A program made the translations under genes and the position numbers. This document shows positions 48,150 through 59,001 of a stretch of DNA of 64,000 bases, one piece after another. The stretch is from an uncultured Alphaproteobacteria bacterium (GTDB lineage: Bacteria > Pseudomonadota > Alphaproteobacteria > Rhizobiales > Xanthobacteraceae): positions 85,728 through 149,727 of the forward strand of contig CAVWOV010000035.1 in assembly GCA_963756715.1 (NCBI GenBank), given 5' to 3'. Numbering within the stretch: the stretch's first letter is position 1; each line of letters starts with the position of its first letter. Below the pieces are notes generated by a model, which was not told the DNA's origin, ran no database searches, and saw only the letters and a list, made by a program, of their open reading frames with translations.

Positions 48150-49088
48150 TCAGGTCCGAGCCTGCGCATATTTGCCGGTGAGTTGATGCGTGAAAGGCTC
48201 CTTCGAGCCCTTGTTCTGCATGTCCAGCCGCGTCTCCCGGCCCCAGGTGCGCTTGAGATCGTCGCGCACGTTGAAGCGAAGCTTGCCGAGGCCTTCGGTC
48301 TCAAGCTCGATGACGTCACCGTCCATGAAGGAGCTCAAGCCGCGGTGGTTGGTGCCGGTTGCCAGCACGTCGCCCGGTTCGAGCGTATGGATCGAACTGA
48401 CCCATTCGATGCAACGCGGGATCTTGTGCGCCATGTCGTCGGTGTTGAAGTTCTGCTTGACGGTGCCGTTCACGGTGAGCCGGATCTGCAGCTTGTGCGG
48501 ATCGGCGATCTCGTCGGCGGTCACGAGGTAAGGCCCCATGGGCGCAAAGGTATCGCGTGATTTCATCTGGTAGAACACGTTGCCGGGCGGTGGCAGCCCG
48601 CGCGCCGAGCCATCGACGAAATTGACGTAGCCGAACACGTAGTCCATTGCATCGGCGGCCTTGACGTTCTTTGCCCGCTTGCCGATGACGACCGCCATCT
48701 CGGCTTCGCCTTCGAAGATCGTCGCCGGCACGTCGGGGAGCACCATGGTGTCGCCGGGGCCGATCACGGCGTTCGGCGACTTGTGAAACGCGTTGATCGG
48801 GGCCGGCTCGCTGCGCGTGCCGTCCTCCATGTAGTTGACGGCCATACAGTCGAGATTGATGGGGCGCGGCAAGGGCGCGCGAATTCGCACGCCGGCGACC
48901 GCGACGCCGGTGCCCCGCGCCACGGCTTCCTCCAGCCGCGGACGGAATTCGGCAAACCGTTCAATCACGCCATTGATGAGATCATGCGGTCCCGTGTGCG
49001 GAATGCCCTGCACCACGGAGGACACATCGACCACCGTGTCGCCTTTGAGCACGCCGAGCTTGTAGTCGTCGAAGTACAGAATCTTCAT
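48150..49088 (-). CDS. Fumarylacetoacetate hydrolase (FAH) family protein
   Basis: ..EGEAEMAVVIGKRAKNV..YVNFVDGSAR..TLEPGDVLATGT.. FAH-fold motifs; 312 aa. Confidence 0.85.
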   Translation of the reverse strand: MKILYFDDYKLGVLKGDTVVDVSSVVQGIPHTGPHDLINGVIERFAEFRPRLEEAVARGTGVAVAGVRIRAPLPRPINLDCMAVNYMEDGTRSEPAPINAFHKSPNAVIGPGDTMVLPDVPATIFEGEAEMAVVIGKRAKNVKAADAMDYVFGYVNFVDGSARGLPPPGNVFYQMKSRDTFAPMGPYLVTADEIADPHKLQIRLTVNGTVKQNFNTDDMAHKIPRCIEWVSSIHTLEPGDVLATGTNHRGLSSFMDGDVIELETEGLGKLRFNVRDDLKRTWGRETRLDMQNKGSKEPFTHQLTGKYAQART

Positions 49089-49397
49089 TGCAGTCTCCGG
49101 AAATGAGAAGGTGACAGGGAAGGGCGGTCAGTCTTGTTAGCCGGGGCGGCTCATTCCGGTGGGAATTGACGCCATGAAGAACGCCGCGCCGCGGTCGCAC
49201 GAAAACATTCTGAGCGTCAACGGCATTTCCCACCCTATACCGACCGGTCTTGAGCCGATCGCAACCATTCGTCCTTTGAATTGTTGCGCATCGTGCCGCC
49301 CGCGTCCAGGGCTGCCGGCGATTTCAGAAGGATTGCTCACGCCGTAGCCGGCGACGTATGATTGCAGAAACAAAGACACGAGCCGGGAGACGCCCGC

Positions 49398-50585
49398 ATG
49401 ACCGCAGCAGACCGGATGTACGATGTGGGAGGCGTCCTGCTGCCGCGGCCGTTCCAGGCCCGCCGGCTGGGTCATTTCGCCCTTTGGCACACCGATCTCG
49501 ACATGGCGCGGCGGCTTTATGTCGATGCCCTGGGTTTTCGCCATACCGACAAGATCATCCGGGATGGGAAGCTCGCCGCCGTCTTTACGTCCCATGGCAC
49601 CGACCACCATTCGCTCGCCGCCATTCACGCATCGACCGCCGAAGGCGTGCGGAAGGCGCACTACGAGAAGGGCGTGTTCGTCAACCAGATCTCCTTCCAG
49701 GTCGGTTCGCTCGAGGAGGTCTTCAACGCGCGCGAGTATTTTGCAGAGCGGCAGGTGTATATCAGCCGGCTTGGACGTGATTTCCCGGGCAGCAACTGGG
49801 CGGTGTACGTACTCGACCCGGACGGCCACCGGGTCGAATTCTATTACGGTATGGAGCAGATCGGCTGGGATCGCCGCAGCAAGCCGGCCGCCGCTTACGT
49901 GCAGGCGGTGCGCAACGGCTTCACGCTGCCGCAACCGTCGGAAATGACCGAGATCACGCAGGCGGAGGAAAGCGGCGTCGATCTCGACAGCGGATTTCGC
50001 CCGACTGAGGAACTGCCTTGCGAGTATTGCGTCGGCGGCGTGATGCTGCCGCGGCCGTTCAAGGTTACCAAGATCGGACCGGTCAGCCTGTTCGTCGCCG
50101 ATCTCGATGTGTCGGAGCGCTTCTACACCGAGTTTCTAGGCCTGACGGTTACGGAAGACGTGTCTTATCGCGGCCATCGTTGTGTATTCCTGCGGTGTGG
50201 GGCAGATCACCACACTATCGGGCTTTTTCCGTTGGCGTTGCGCGATGAACTTGGGCTCAATCCGGCGACGACGCTGATGAGCATCGGAGTGCAGGTTGCG
50301 TCCTACAATCAATTGAAGGATGCGATTGCATTTCTGCGCGACAGGGAGCTCCGCTTCATCGACAGTATTCCGTGCGATCTCCATCCTGGCATCGACTACG
50401 CCGCCCATGCAGTCGGCCCGGACGGGCATTGCATCCAGCTCTATCACAGCATGGAGCAGATCGGATGGGACGGCCGCCCGCGCCCGGCGGAGCAGCGCCG
50501 GCGTGTCGCCTCCGACTGGCCGCAGTCGATCGAGGCGTTGCCCGACACCAATATGGATCAGATCCTGCAGGGACCGATGGGGTAG
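49398..50585 (+). CDS. Two-domain VOC-superfamily protein (extradiol-dioxygenase-like)
   Basis: Two tandem glyoxalase/VOC modules (..LGHFALWHTDLDMARRLYVDALGF.. and ..IGPVSLFVADLDVSERFYTEFLGL..). ATG 49398 preferred over the ORF-track start 49362. Confidence 0.8.
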   Translation: MTAADRMYDVGGVLLPRPFQARRLGHFALWHTDLDMARRLYVDALGFRHTDKIIRDGKLAAVFTSHGTDHHSLAAIHASTAEGVRKAHYEKGVFVNQISFQVGSLEEVFNAREYFAERQVYISRLGRDFPGSNWAVYVLDPDGHRVEFYYGMEQIGWDRRSKPAAAYVQAVRNGFTLPQPSEMTEITQAEESGVDLDSGFRPTEELPCEYCVGGVMLPRPFKVTKIGPVSLFVADLDVSERFYTEFLGLTVTEDVSYRGHRCVFLRCGADHHTIGLFPLALRDELGLNPATTLMSIGVQVASYNQLKDAIAFLRDRELRFIDSIPCDLHPGIDYAAHAVGPDGHCIQLYHSMEQIGWDGRPRPAEQRRRVASDWPQSIEALPDTNMDQILQGPMG

Positions 50586-50911
50586 TGATTAGCTTTGCGT
50601 TTTCCGGGGAGTGGCGAAGCCGCGAACCCGGAGTTCACGAACTGGCGTTCCGCAAGTCGGGTTGAATAGGTTCCGGATAGCCGGTCCGCGGCTTCCAGCA
50701 TGACCGCGCAGGGCGGATTGAGGTTCGGCGCCGCGTTCGTTGATGCGCGGCACGATGGCAATACTCATTCTTGCCGGAGGAGTTATGCTGGCAAATGGCT
50801 TGCTCCGGCGATGGATCGGGGCTGACAAGATCGCGACCGCGGGCGTGCGGGGCGACAGCGGATGAGCGCTGGTCCGGACATGCGGTTCAAGCGGAATATG
50901 GGGAGAGCTCT

Positions 50912-53213
50912 ATGAGTGCTGAGTTCAAAGGCCGGCGCGAGGACCTGCGTCTGATCACCGGGAAGGGGCAATACACCGCGGACTGGAATCTTCCAGGCCA
51001 GGCCTATGGCCACTTCCTGCGTGCCGACCGCGCGCATGCGGAGATCATATCGCTCGATGCCCGCGAGGCAGTCGGCTCTGCCGGGCGTACTCGGCGTGTT
51101 CTCGGGTGAGGACCTCGCCAAGGCCGGCTACAAAAGCCCGCGGCCGCTCATGCACTTCAAGGGCAAGGACGGCGCGGTGCTGAAAAATCCGCATCGGCCG
51201 TCGCTGGCGCAGGGCCGGGTCCGATTTGTCGGCGAGCCGGTTGCGCTCGTGGTTGCCGAGAATGAGATCGCCGCGCAGGACGCGGCCGAACGCATCGTGG
51301 TGGAATACCGCGATCTCCCGGCGACGGTCGCGCCTGAGGACGCAATCGCGCCTGGCGCGCCCGAACTGCACGCCGATGCTCCAGGCAACCTTGCCCTCGA
51401 TTACGAGTATGGCAACCGCGACGCTGTAGATGCCGCATTTGCCAAGGCGGACCACGTCGTGCGCGTCAAGCTGCACGCTCAGCGCATCTCCGGCGCGCCG
51501 ATGGAGCCGAAATCGGGTCTCGCGGCCTTCGATCCCCAGACCGGACGCTTCGACATCTACATGCCGACCCAAGGCATGTCCGACATCATGAAGGAGTTCG
51601 CGCACGTTACGAGCCTGACGCCTGAACAGTTCCGCATTCACGCCAAGGATGTCGGCGGTGGGTTCGGCGTTCGCAATGAGGTCTATCCGGAATTCGCGGC
51701 GCTTGCCTTCGCGGCACGCGCGCTCGGCCGCCCGGTCAAGTGGACGGGGACGCGCGCCGAATCGCTGTTGAGCGATCATCATGGGCGAGGGGTAACGCTG
51801 ACCGGTGAACTAGCGCTCGATTCCGGCGGGCACTTTCTCGGGATGCGGATGGAGTGGCTGGTGGATGTCGGCGCCTATTCGTCGAATGCCGGCCCGTTCA
51901 CCAACACGGCGGCGGCACCGACCTCGATGGCGGCGAATACCTACCGCACACCGGCGCTCTATGGATTGAACCGCCTGGTATTCACCAATGCGACGCCGAC
52001 GGCGCCGTATCGCGGCGCCGGCCGGCCGAGCGTATCGTATCTCGCGGAGCGGCTGGTCGACGAGGCGGCCCGTATCACCGGCATCGATCGTATCGAACTG
52101 CGCCGCCGCAATATCCTGTCCAAGGATGCATTCCCCTATAAGACGCCTTCCGGCTCGACCTACGACAGCGGCGATCCAGGGGCGCTGCTGGACGAGGTTC
52201 TGCGCGTCGCCGATTGGGACGGGTTTGAAGGCCGTCGCGTCGAAGCCAAGGCACGCGGTAAGCTGCGCGGTATCGGCTGCGCAGCCTTCATCGAGCCGTC
52301 CGGCGGCCTTGGCCAGGAAGAGATCGCAATCAAGTTCGATGCGAACGGTTTGCCACAGCTCTTCACCCTGGCTGGGCCGTCAGGACAGGGCCACGAGACT
52401 GTGTTTCCCGATCTTGTCGCCGGCGTCCTGGGTATGTCGGCCGACAAGATCACCCTGCGGGCGAGCGATCCGGACGGACCGCCCCTCGTCGGCACCGGCT
52501 CGTTCGGTTCGCGATCGCTGATCAGTCATGGCGGCGCCCTGTCGGTCGGTGCGCACGAGGTGGTGCGCAAAGGGCTGGCGCTCGCCGCGAAGGAGCTCGA
52601 AGTCGCCGCTACGGACATTGTGTTCGAGCAGGGGCGGTATCGCGTGCCCGGCACCGATCTGTCGATCAGCCTGGAGGACTTGGCGCGCAAGCATGCCGGC
52701 GGCGAAAGCCATCCGCTCGACGCGGTCGCCAAGATCGCCACCGCCGCCGCATTCCCCAGCGGCGCGCATGTTGCCGAGGTCGAGATCGATCCAGAAACGG
52801 GCGTGACCGAACTCCTTCGCTATGCGGCGGTGGATGATTGCGGGAACATTTACAATCACACGCTCGTCGAGGGCCAACTTCTGGGCGGAATCATGCAGGG
52901 ACTAGGCCAGATCTTCGGCGAGCACTGCATGTATGACCGGGAAAATGGGCAATTTCTCACCGGCACGTTCATGGATTACTACATGCCGCGCGCCGACATC
53001 CTGCCCGAATTCTCGCTGCACGACCGTCCGACGCCCTCGCCCAGCAACCCGCTCGGTGCCAAGGGTGCCGGCGAGGCCGGAACGACCGGCTCGATTCCGA
53101 CCGTTGCGAATGCCGTGATGGATGCACTGGCGCCGCTTGGCATCCATCATCTCGAAATGCCGTACACTCCTCACGCCGTTTGGGCGGCCATTCAGTCCCG
53201 TGGGACGACATAG
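50912..53213 (+). CDS. Xanthine dehydrogenase/CO-dehydrogenase-family molybdopterin-binding large subunit; apparent frameshift at about 51058-51075
   Basis: ATG 50912 after GGGGAGAG gives MSAEFKGRREDLRLITGKGQYTADWNLPGQAYGHFLRADRAHAEIISLDA. The frame then shifts into the ORF 51006..53213 frame (..QSALPGVLGVFSGEDL..NPLGAKGAGEAG..). Confidence 0.85.
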
Positions 53214-53828
53214 GCGGCGGATGCCAAAGGCACCTTCGCCCACGATAGAACTCACGAGATAGCCACCGCTTTGCAACGTCGGTTGGCGAAACCTATCGGC
53301 GCACATTGCCGCCAGCCAATTGCGTCGGTGACGTGGATCGAAATATTCCGGGCAGCGTGAACCAGTTTCACGCGCGGCGCTGGTGGCCGACTGTCCGGAA
53401 CGCCGGCTTGCTCATCGGCTTGGCATTGGTCGCCCGGGGGGAACATGCCGTAGGCGACGGCATGACGGTGGTCTGCTGCTGGCCTTCAAGAGCGGCAAAT
53501 CCGCGGGAAATCTTGCGCAAACAAGGGTAATGCTGCGGTTCCGGCCGCGTTCGCGGCGGACGGCGTGCATTGCACTGCCGTCCAATTGGCGAGGACGTTG
53601 ACCCAGCCGACAGGCAATCACGCATGAACCGGGGGCTGCGGGGAAGTTTTCAGTGCCTCTGGAACCGGCAAAATTTCTTGCCGGCTTCTTGCGTGGCGTC
53701 GTCGGCCGATGAGCCGCAAAATCGCGCTAGGATCGGACCTTGTGGAACGCTAGAATATAATTGGAATTCCGTCGTTGGAATTTCGGCAGGCGGGCGTTAT
53801 CGTCAAGGACCTAACCAGGAGAGCGGAA

Positions 53829-54035
53829 ATGGCTGTGGGCAAAGTGAAGTGGTTCAATCCGACCAAGGGCTATGGATTTATCCAGCCCCAAGGCGGCGGC
53901 GGTCGGGACGTGTTCGTGCATATTTCAGCGGTCGAGAAGGCTGGCCTTTCCACTCTGAATGAGGGGCAGACGATCGAATACGAAGAAGTATCAAATCGCG
54001 GCAAGACGTCCGCCGAAAATCTCAAGGTGAAGTGA
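53829..54035 (+). CDS. cspA: Cold-shock protein (CspA family)
   Basis: MAVGKVKWFNPTKGYGFIQP..DVFVHISAV.. carries the RNP1/RNP2 motifs; 68 aa from ATG 53829. Confidence 0.95.
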   Translation: MAVGKVKWFNPTKGYGFIQPQGGGGRDVFVHISAVEKAGLSTLNEGQTIEYEEVSNRGKTSAENLKVK

Positions 54036-54070
54036 CATCCGATCCGGGTGCAAGTCCGGATACAAGTTGT

Positions 54071-54110
54071 CGACCTCTCAAGCGTTTTCCGAGCCAGCCT
54101 TGAGAGGTCG
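54071..54110 (+). terminator. Possible terminator hairpin downstream of cspA
   Basis: CGACCTCTCAAG-N16-CTTGAGAGGTCG (12-bp perfect stem), 36 nt after the stop. No U-tract follows. Confidence 0.45.
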
Positions 54111-54331
54111 CGGCCTTGAACCCAAATAGACCCGCGCGCCGCCCTCTTCTTTGACGATCAGTGTTTCCTTGTGCGGCCGCGCCGATTGCCTCCCATGGGA
54201 CATATTGTACTTCATTGGCTTCTTAGGTTCAGCGGATTGCGTCACGCTTGCTCAACGCAACAATATGCGTGAGATGAAGCTGATCATCATCACCGCACGC
54301 CCTGATCCGTCCAACCGGCCGCTGCGGCGGA

Positions 54332-55303
54332 TCAGTTGACTTTGATGTGATTGGCTTCGACGATCTTTTTCCAGTGAGCGATCTCGTCGTCGATCTGCCG
54401 CCGCATCCCTTCAGGTGTTGTCGGCATCCCGATGTTGCCGCCTTCCTTGAGCCTTTGCTCGACGTCCCGGAGTTTGAGCGCGCGATGGATCTCGGCGTTC
54501 AGGCGCTCGACGATTGGCCGCGGCGTATGTGGGGCGGCCGCCATGCCGAGCCAGGACATGTAATGCACCCCGGGCAGTGTTTCGGCGACAGTCGGCGCGT
54601 CCGGCATCAGCAAATAGCGGCCCGGCGAAGTCAGCGCTAAGGCCCGGAACTGGCCGGTGGCGATGCGCGGGAATGCGGAGGTCGCAGGCTCCAGCATCAC
54701 GTCGACGCGCCCGGCGAGCACGTCGGTAACCGCGGCCGACGAGCCGCGGTAGGAGACTGGCAACATCTCGATCCCGGCCTTCATTCCAACCCAGGTGCCG
54801 ATCAGGTGATAGACCGCTCCAAGGGAGGTGATCACATAGCTGAGCTTGCCAGGCTGGGCCTTGGCGCGCGCCAGCATGTCCGGGAACGACTTGATCGGGG
54901 AATCCTTGGGGACCAAGTACACAAACGGATACGAACAGACCATGGTGATGCAGGCGAAGGTGTTGTCTCCGTCGAATGGGAATTTCCCGACCGCCGCGCC
55001 GCTGGCGTAGCCGGCGGTCAGCAGGGTCATGGTGTAGCCATCGGGCTGCGCGTGCGAGACGATGGAAATGGCGATCCCGCCGCCGCCCCCGGTGTTGTTC
55101 TCAATCGTGATCGCCTGGCCGAGCGGTCCTGTCATCTTGTCGGCGAGTAGTCTGCTGATGATGTCGGGGCTGCCGCCCGGCGAAGTGCCGACCAGGATGC
55201 GCAGCGAACGCTGCGGCCAATTCTGTTGGGCGCGGGCAGGGAGGGCTGATCCTGCGGCGAAGGCGGCGGAGAGTGCAAGAGTCCGGCGGCGAGTCAGAAG
55301 CAC
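54332..55303 (-). CDS. Bug-family (TctC-like) tripartite tricarboxylate transporter substrate-binding protein
   Basis: GTG 55303 after AAGGGGA gives VLLTRRRTLALSAAFAAGSALPARAQ (Tat-like signal). ..LRILVGTSPGGSPDIISRLLA..ENNTGGGGGIA.. is the Bug core. Confidence 0.85.
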   Translation of the reverse strand: MLLTRRRTLALSAAFAAGSALPARAQQNWPQRSLRILVGTSPGGSPDIISRLLADKMTGPLGQAITIENNTGGGGGIAISIVSHAQPDGYTMTLLTAGYASGAAVGKFPFDGDNTFACITMVCSYPFVYLVPKDSPIKSFPDMLARAKAQPGKLSYVITSLGAVYHLIGTWVGMKAGIEMLPVSYRGSSAAVTDVLAGRVDVMLEPATSAFPRIATGQFRALALTSPGRYLLMPDAPTVAETLPGVHYMSWLGMAAAPHTPRPIVERLNAEIHRALKLRDVEQRLKEGGNIGMPTTPEGMRRQIDDEIAHWKKIVEANHIKVN

Positions 55304-55558
55304 GGCGTTTCCCCTTATTGCCGGTGTCGATCGCCCGGCTTCTATTTCTATAGACGCAACGTTAGCAGGGATGCGGGGGGCTGAAACAACGCCGCGCCAG
55401 TACTTTTGCGGGGCAAAGCGCCGCACGGCCTCATGTCAAAATGCGACTTGCTGGTCACCGCGACTGGCGATGCGCCGCCATCGTGCTGAAAATGCAAATA
55501 TGAGTTGGAAATTGCCGGAATATTCGGAAACTCTTTCCTTGAACAACACCGATTGGAA

Positions 55559-56113
55559 ATGAGCCAGGGTATGAAACTTTCATTCAGCCACGTTGGATTG
55601 TTTGTGACCGATCCGGAAAAGATGGTCGATTTCTACACCCGTCATCTCGGCCTTGTGATTTCGGACCGCGAAAAAAGGCCCGATGGATCTGAGATTGCTT
55701 TCCTCACAGGTGATCCGCGGGAGCACCATCAGGTCGTGTTGGCGTCCGGGCGGCCGGCCGATCTGCAATACAGCATGATCCAGCAGATTTCGTTCCGGGC
55801 TCCATCGCTGCCGGCGCTACGGGAGGTTTACGACAAGCTGCTGAAGGAGCCGATCGTAGAACTTGGAGCGGTGACGCACGGCAACGCCATATCGTCTTAC
55901 TTCCGCGACCCGGAGGGAAACCGCCTTGAGATATTCATCGACATGCCTTGGCATGTGCCACAACCGTTCCGCGTCCCGCTCGAAATGGGGCGGTCAGACG
56001 AACAGCTCCTGTCGTTTGTCAAGGAGAGCGTGCGCTCCCAAGCTGGATTTATTTCACGGGCGGAATGGAGCGCCGGTATCGCAAAGAAAATTCAACACGC
56101 AGACCAGCAATAG
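55559..56113 (+). CDS. VOC-family (glyoxalase/dioxygenase-like) protein
   Basis: MSQGMKLSFSHVGLFVTDPEKMVDFYTRHLGL.. with a second beta-alpha-beta-beta-beta module ..ISSYFRDPEGNRLEIF.. Confidence 0.8.
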   Translation: MSQGMKLSFSHVGLFVTDPEKMVDFYTRHLGLVISDREKRPDGSEIAFLTGDPREHHQVVLASGRPADLQYSMIQQISFRAPSLPALREVYDKLLKEPIVELGAVTHGNAISSYFRDPEGNRLEIFIDMPWHVPQPFRVPLEMGRSDEQLLSFVKESVRSQAGFISRAEWSAGIAKKIQHADQQ

Positions 56114-56219
56114 ACTGCCCTTGGCCTTTTACCAGCAACGGACGCATCGCAACTGAGCAGGTCCTTCCGGCTTGCCTCTGACGGCGAATTTCGACGTGCG
56201 GACCGGTGTGCAGACCAGA

Positions 56220-57533
56220 TTAGCTTGCGGCCACGATGGTGCCGCGGCATTCACCAAAGCCGATGGGTGCAAAGCCCTCGCGGCGGCAGTGCGCCCGCAT
56301 AATCACCGTATCGCCGTCTTCGAGGAACCGGCGGCTCTCACCGGATGGCAGCGTGATCGGCTGACGGCCGCCGGCGGAGATTTCGAGCAGGCTGCCGAGG
56401 CTGTCGGCGGTCGTGCCGGAAATTGTCCCGGTGCCGAAGATGTCGCCCGGTCGCAGATTGCAGCCGCCGCTGGTGTGATGCGCGACGAGTTGGTTCACCG
56501 TCCAATAGAGGTCGCGTGCGTTGCCAGCCGAGAGCCGATGCGGCTCGAGGCCCTTCGCCTGCATCGTTGATGTGAGGAGAAAGACCTCAAGGTCAATGTC
56601 GAGGGCGCCGCCCGCCTGGTCGGCCGCGTCGAGCAGATAGGGCAGGGGCGCCGGATCGCCAGCGGGTCGTGGCGCCTGTGCCAATCGGAATGGCGCCAAC
56701 GCCTCCGGCGTCACCACCCAAGGTGAGACAGTGGTGCAGAAGCTTTTGCCAAGGAAGGGCCCGAGCGGCTGGTATTCCCAGCCCTGAATGTCGCGCGCGG
56801 ACCAGTCGTTGAGCAGGCAGAAGCCGGCGATATGCTGCGCGGCTTCCGAGATGCCGATCGGGTCACCTAGGTCGTTGCCGGGGCCGATCCAGACGCCGAG
56901 CTCAAGCTCGTAGTCCAAGCTGCGGCAGGGGCCGAAGGTGGGAACCGTTTCGTTCGCCGGTTTACGCTGGCCGTCGGGGCGGCGGACCTTCGCCCCCGAC
57001 GCGCCAATCGACGAGGCGCGGCCGTGATAGCCGATTGGAACATACTTGTAGTTCGGCATCAGCGGATTGTCCGGCCGGAACAGCTTGCCGGCGTTGGTGG
57101 CGTGGTTGATGCCGGCGAAGAAGTCGGTGTAGTCGCCGATGGCCGCGGGCACTTCAAGGCGGCAGTCGGCGGCGCGATGTAGGAGTTTGTCGCGCAACGC
57201 TTCGATCTTTGCGCGGTCCTTGCCGTCGGCATCGAGGATGTCGCCGATGCGGTGGCGCAACGCCGTGCGCGCTTCGCGACCGAGCGCGAACAGCGGATTG
57301 AGTGTCGCGCTCGACGCCGCCTTGGCCGCTTCGGCGGAAAGGCCTTCGAACAGGCCGAGTTCAAGTGCGGCAGCAAGATCGAAAATCTCGTCGCCGATTG
57401 CCACGCCGCCGCGCGGCGCGCCGCCTTGCGGCGCGAAGATGCCCAACGGCAGATTCTGGATCGGAAACTCGGCGTGCTGATTCGCCGAGGCGACCCAGCT
57501 TCGCCGCCCCGGCGCATGGGTATCGTCGATCAT
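56220..57533 (-). CDS. fahA: Fumarylacetoacetase
   Basis: ATG 57533 gives MIDDTHAPGRRSWVASANQHAEFPIQNLPLGIF... Long-form FAH with an N-terminal domain, directly downstream of hmgA. Confidence 0.85.
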   Translation of the reverse strand: MIDDTHAPGRRSWVASANQHAEFPIQNLPLGIFAPQGGAPRGGVAIGDEIFDLAAALELGLFEGLSAEAAKAASSATLNPLFALGREARTALRHRIGDILDADGKDRAKIEALRDKLLHRAADCRLEVPAAIGDYTDFFAGINHATNAGKLFRPDNPLMPNYKYVPIGYHGRASSIGASGAKVRRPDGQRKPANETVPTFGPCRSLDYELELGVWIGPGNDLGDPIGISEAAQHIAGFCLLNDWSARDIQGWEYQPLGPFLGKSFCTTVSPWVVTPEALAPFRLAQAPRPAGDPAPLPYLLDAADQAGGALDIDLEVFLLTSTMQAKGLEPHRLSAGNARDLYWTVNQLVAHHTSGGCNLRPGDIFGTGTISGTTADSLGSLLEISAGGRQPITLPSGESRRFLEDGDTVIMRAHCRREGFAPIGFGECRGTIVAAS

Positions 57534-57620
57534 GTTGTCAGGTCCGGTTTCCTGGTTGCCAACGCTCACGGTCGGTTGGAACGTAAACGCCGTGGGTCAT
57601 GGCCATTGGCCTGATCGCGA

Positions 57621-58987
57621 TCACGGCTGGATCTTGGTCGGATCGAAATGCTTGCGCAGCCCCTTCCAGCAATCGAAGTAATCGTCCTGTCGTTCTTTCA
57701 GCCCGGCGGCGTAAGCGGTCGGCCGTTGCGGATACTGGGTCTCGAACATGAAGGCGAGGGTGTTTGTCAGCTTCGTCGGCTTGAGGTCGGTCCGGCTGGC
57801 ATGTTCGAACGCCTGATCGTCCGGTCCGTGCGGCAGCATGCAGTTGTGCAGCGACATGCCGCCCGGCACGAAGCCTTCGGGTTTGGCATCATAGACTCCA
57901 TAGACCAGCCCCATGAATTCCGACATCAGGTTGCGGTGATACCAGGGCGGCCGGAAGGTGTTCTCCGCCACCGCCCAGCGTTCAGGAAAGATCACGAGGT
58001 CGATATTGGCTGTGCCGGACGTTTCCGACGGCGCCGTCATCACCGTATAGATCGACGGATCGGGGTGATCGAACAGCAGTGCACCGACCGGCGAGAAGCG
58101 GCGAAGATCGTATTTGTAGGGCGCATAATTGCCGTGCCAGGCGACGACATCGATCGGCGACTGGCCGATCTCCGCCGCGTAGAGTTCTCCGCCCCATTTC
58201 ACGTAGAGCGTCGAGCGCTCTTCCTTGTCTTCGTAGGCGGCGACGGGGGTGAGGAAGTCGCGCGCATTGGCGAGACAATTGGCGCCGATCGGGCCGCGAT
58301 CCGGCAACTGGAAGGCCCCGCCGTAGTTCTCACAGACGTAGGCGCGTGCCGGCCCATTGACCAACTCGACCCGGAAAATCACGCCGCGCTGGATCACGCA
58401 GATTTCGCCGGGCTCAATCTCGATCACGCCGAACTCGGTACGGAACCGCAACCGGCCTTCCTGCGCGACGATGAGCATTTCGCCATCGGCATTGAACAGA
58501 TATTCGTCGCGCATCGAGGCTGTCACCAGCGCCACATGGGCCGCCATGCCGGCGCGCGTCTCGGCATCGCCGGCGGTGGTGATTGTGTGAAGCCCGGTCA
58601 TGAACGTGAGTTTTTCCTCGGGGATCGGGATCGGGCTCCAGCGCAGTTGCCCGATCGCCAGGTCGCTTTCCTCGCGCGCCGCCGGCGCGGTGCGGATCAG
58701 CCCCTTGTCGATCTTCCGGTAACGGCCCGAATGCTTCACGGTCGGCCGAATTCGGTAAAGCCAGGAGCGCTGATTGGTCGACTGCGGCGCCGTGAAGGGC
58801 GAGCCGGACAATTGCTCGGCATAGAGACCGTAGTTGATCCGTTGCGGCGAGTTCCGGCCAATCGGCAGCGCGTCCGGCAGCGCCTCGGTCTCGAACGAAT
58901 TGCCGAAACCCGACATGTAGCCGGGCGTGAGTCCGCCGCGATAGGGGGCGGTTTTGCATCGGCAAGCGATGCGTGTTGCACGTTCAT
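57621..58987 (-). CDS. hmgA: Homogentisate 1,2-dioxygenase; apparent 1-nt frameshift near 58946-58955
   Basis: ORF 57621..58916 ([25 protein letters not shown]..). The upstream ATG 58987 (after GGAGGA) reads [12 protein letters not shown] and rejoins as ..[18 protein letters not shown] after a 1-nt shift at adjacent G5/T4 runs. Confidence 0.85.
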
Positions 58988-59001
58988 GGCGGTCCTCCGA
59001 A

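Noticed and set aside
53740-53761. TATAAT (53756-53761) as the cspA promoter -10 element.
   Set aside because: There is no acceptable -35 at 16-18 nt spacing (TTGTGG is only 10 nt away), so the promoter cannot be supported from sequence alone.
54151-54339. 62-aa ORF (and the nested MREMKLIIITARPDPSNRPLRRIS) between cspA and the Bug gene.
   Set aside because: It has a non-ATG start, no RBS and no family resemblance, and it overlaps the stop and terminal inverted repeat of the Bug gene. It is probably non-coding.
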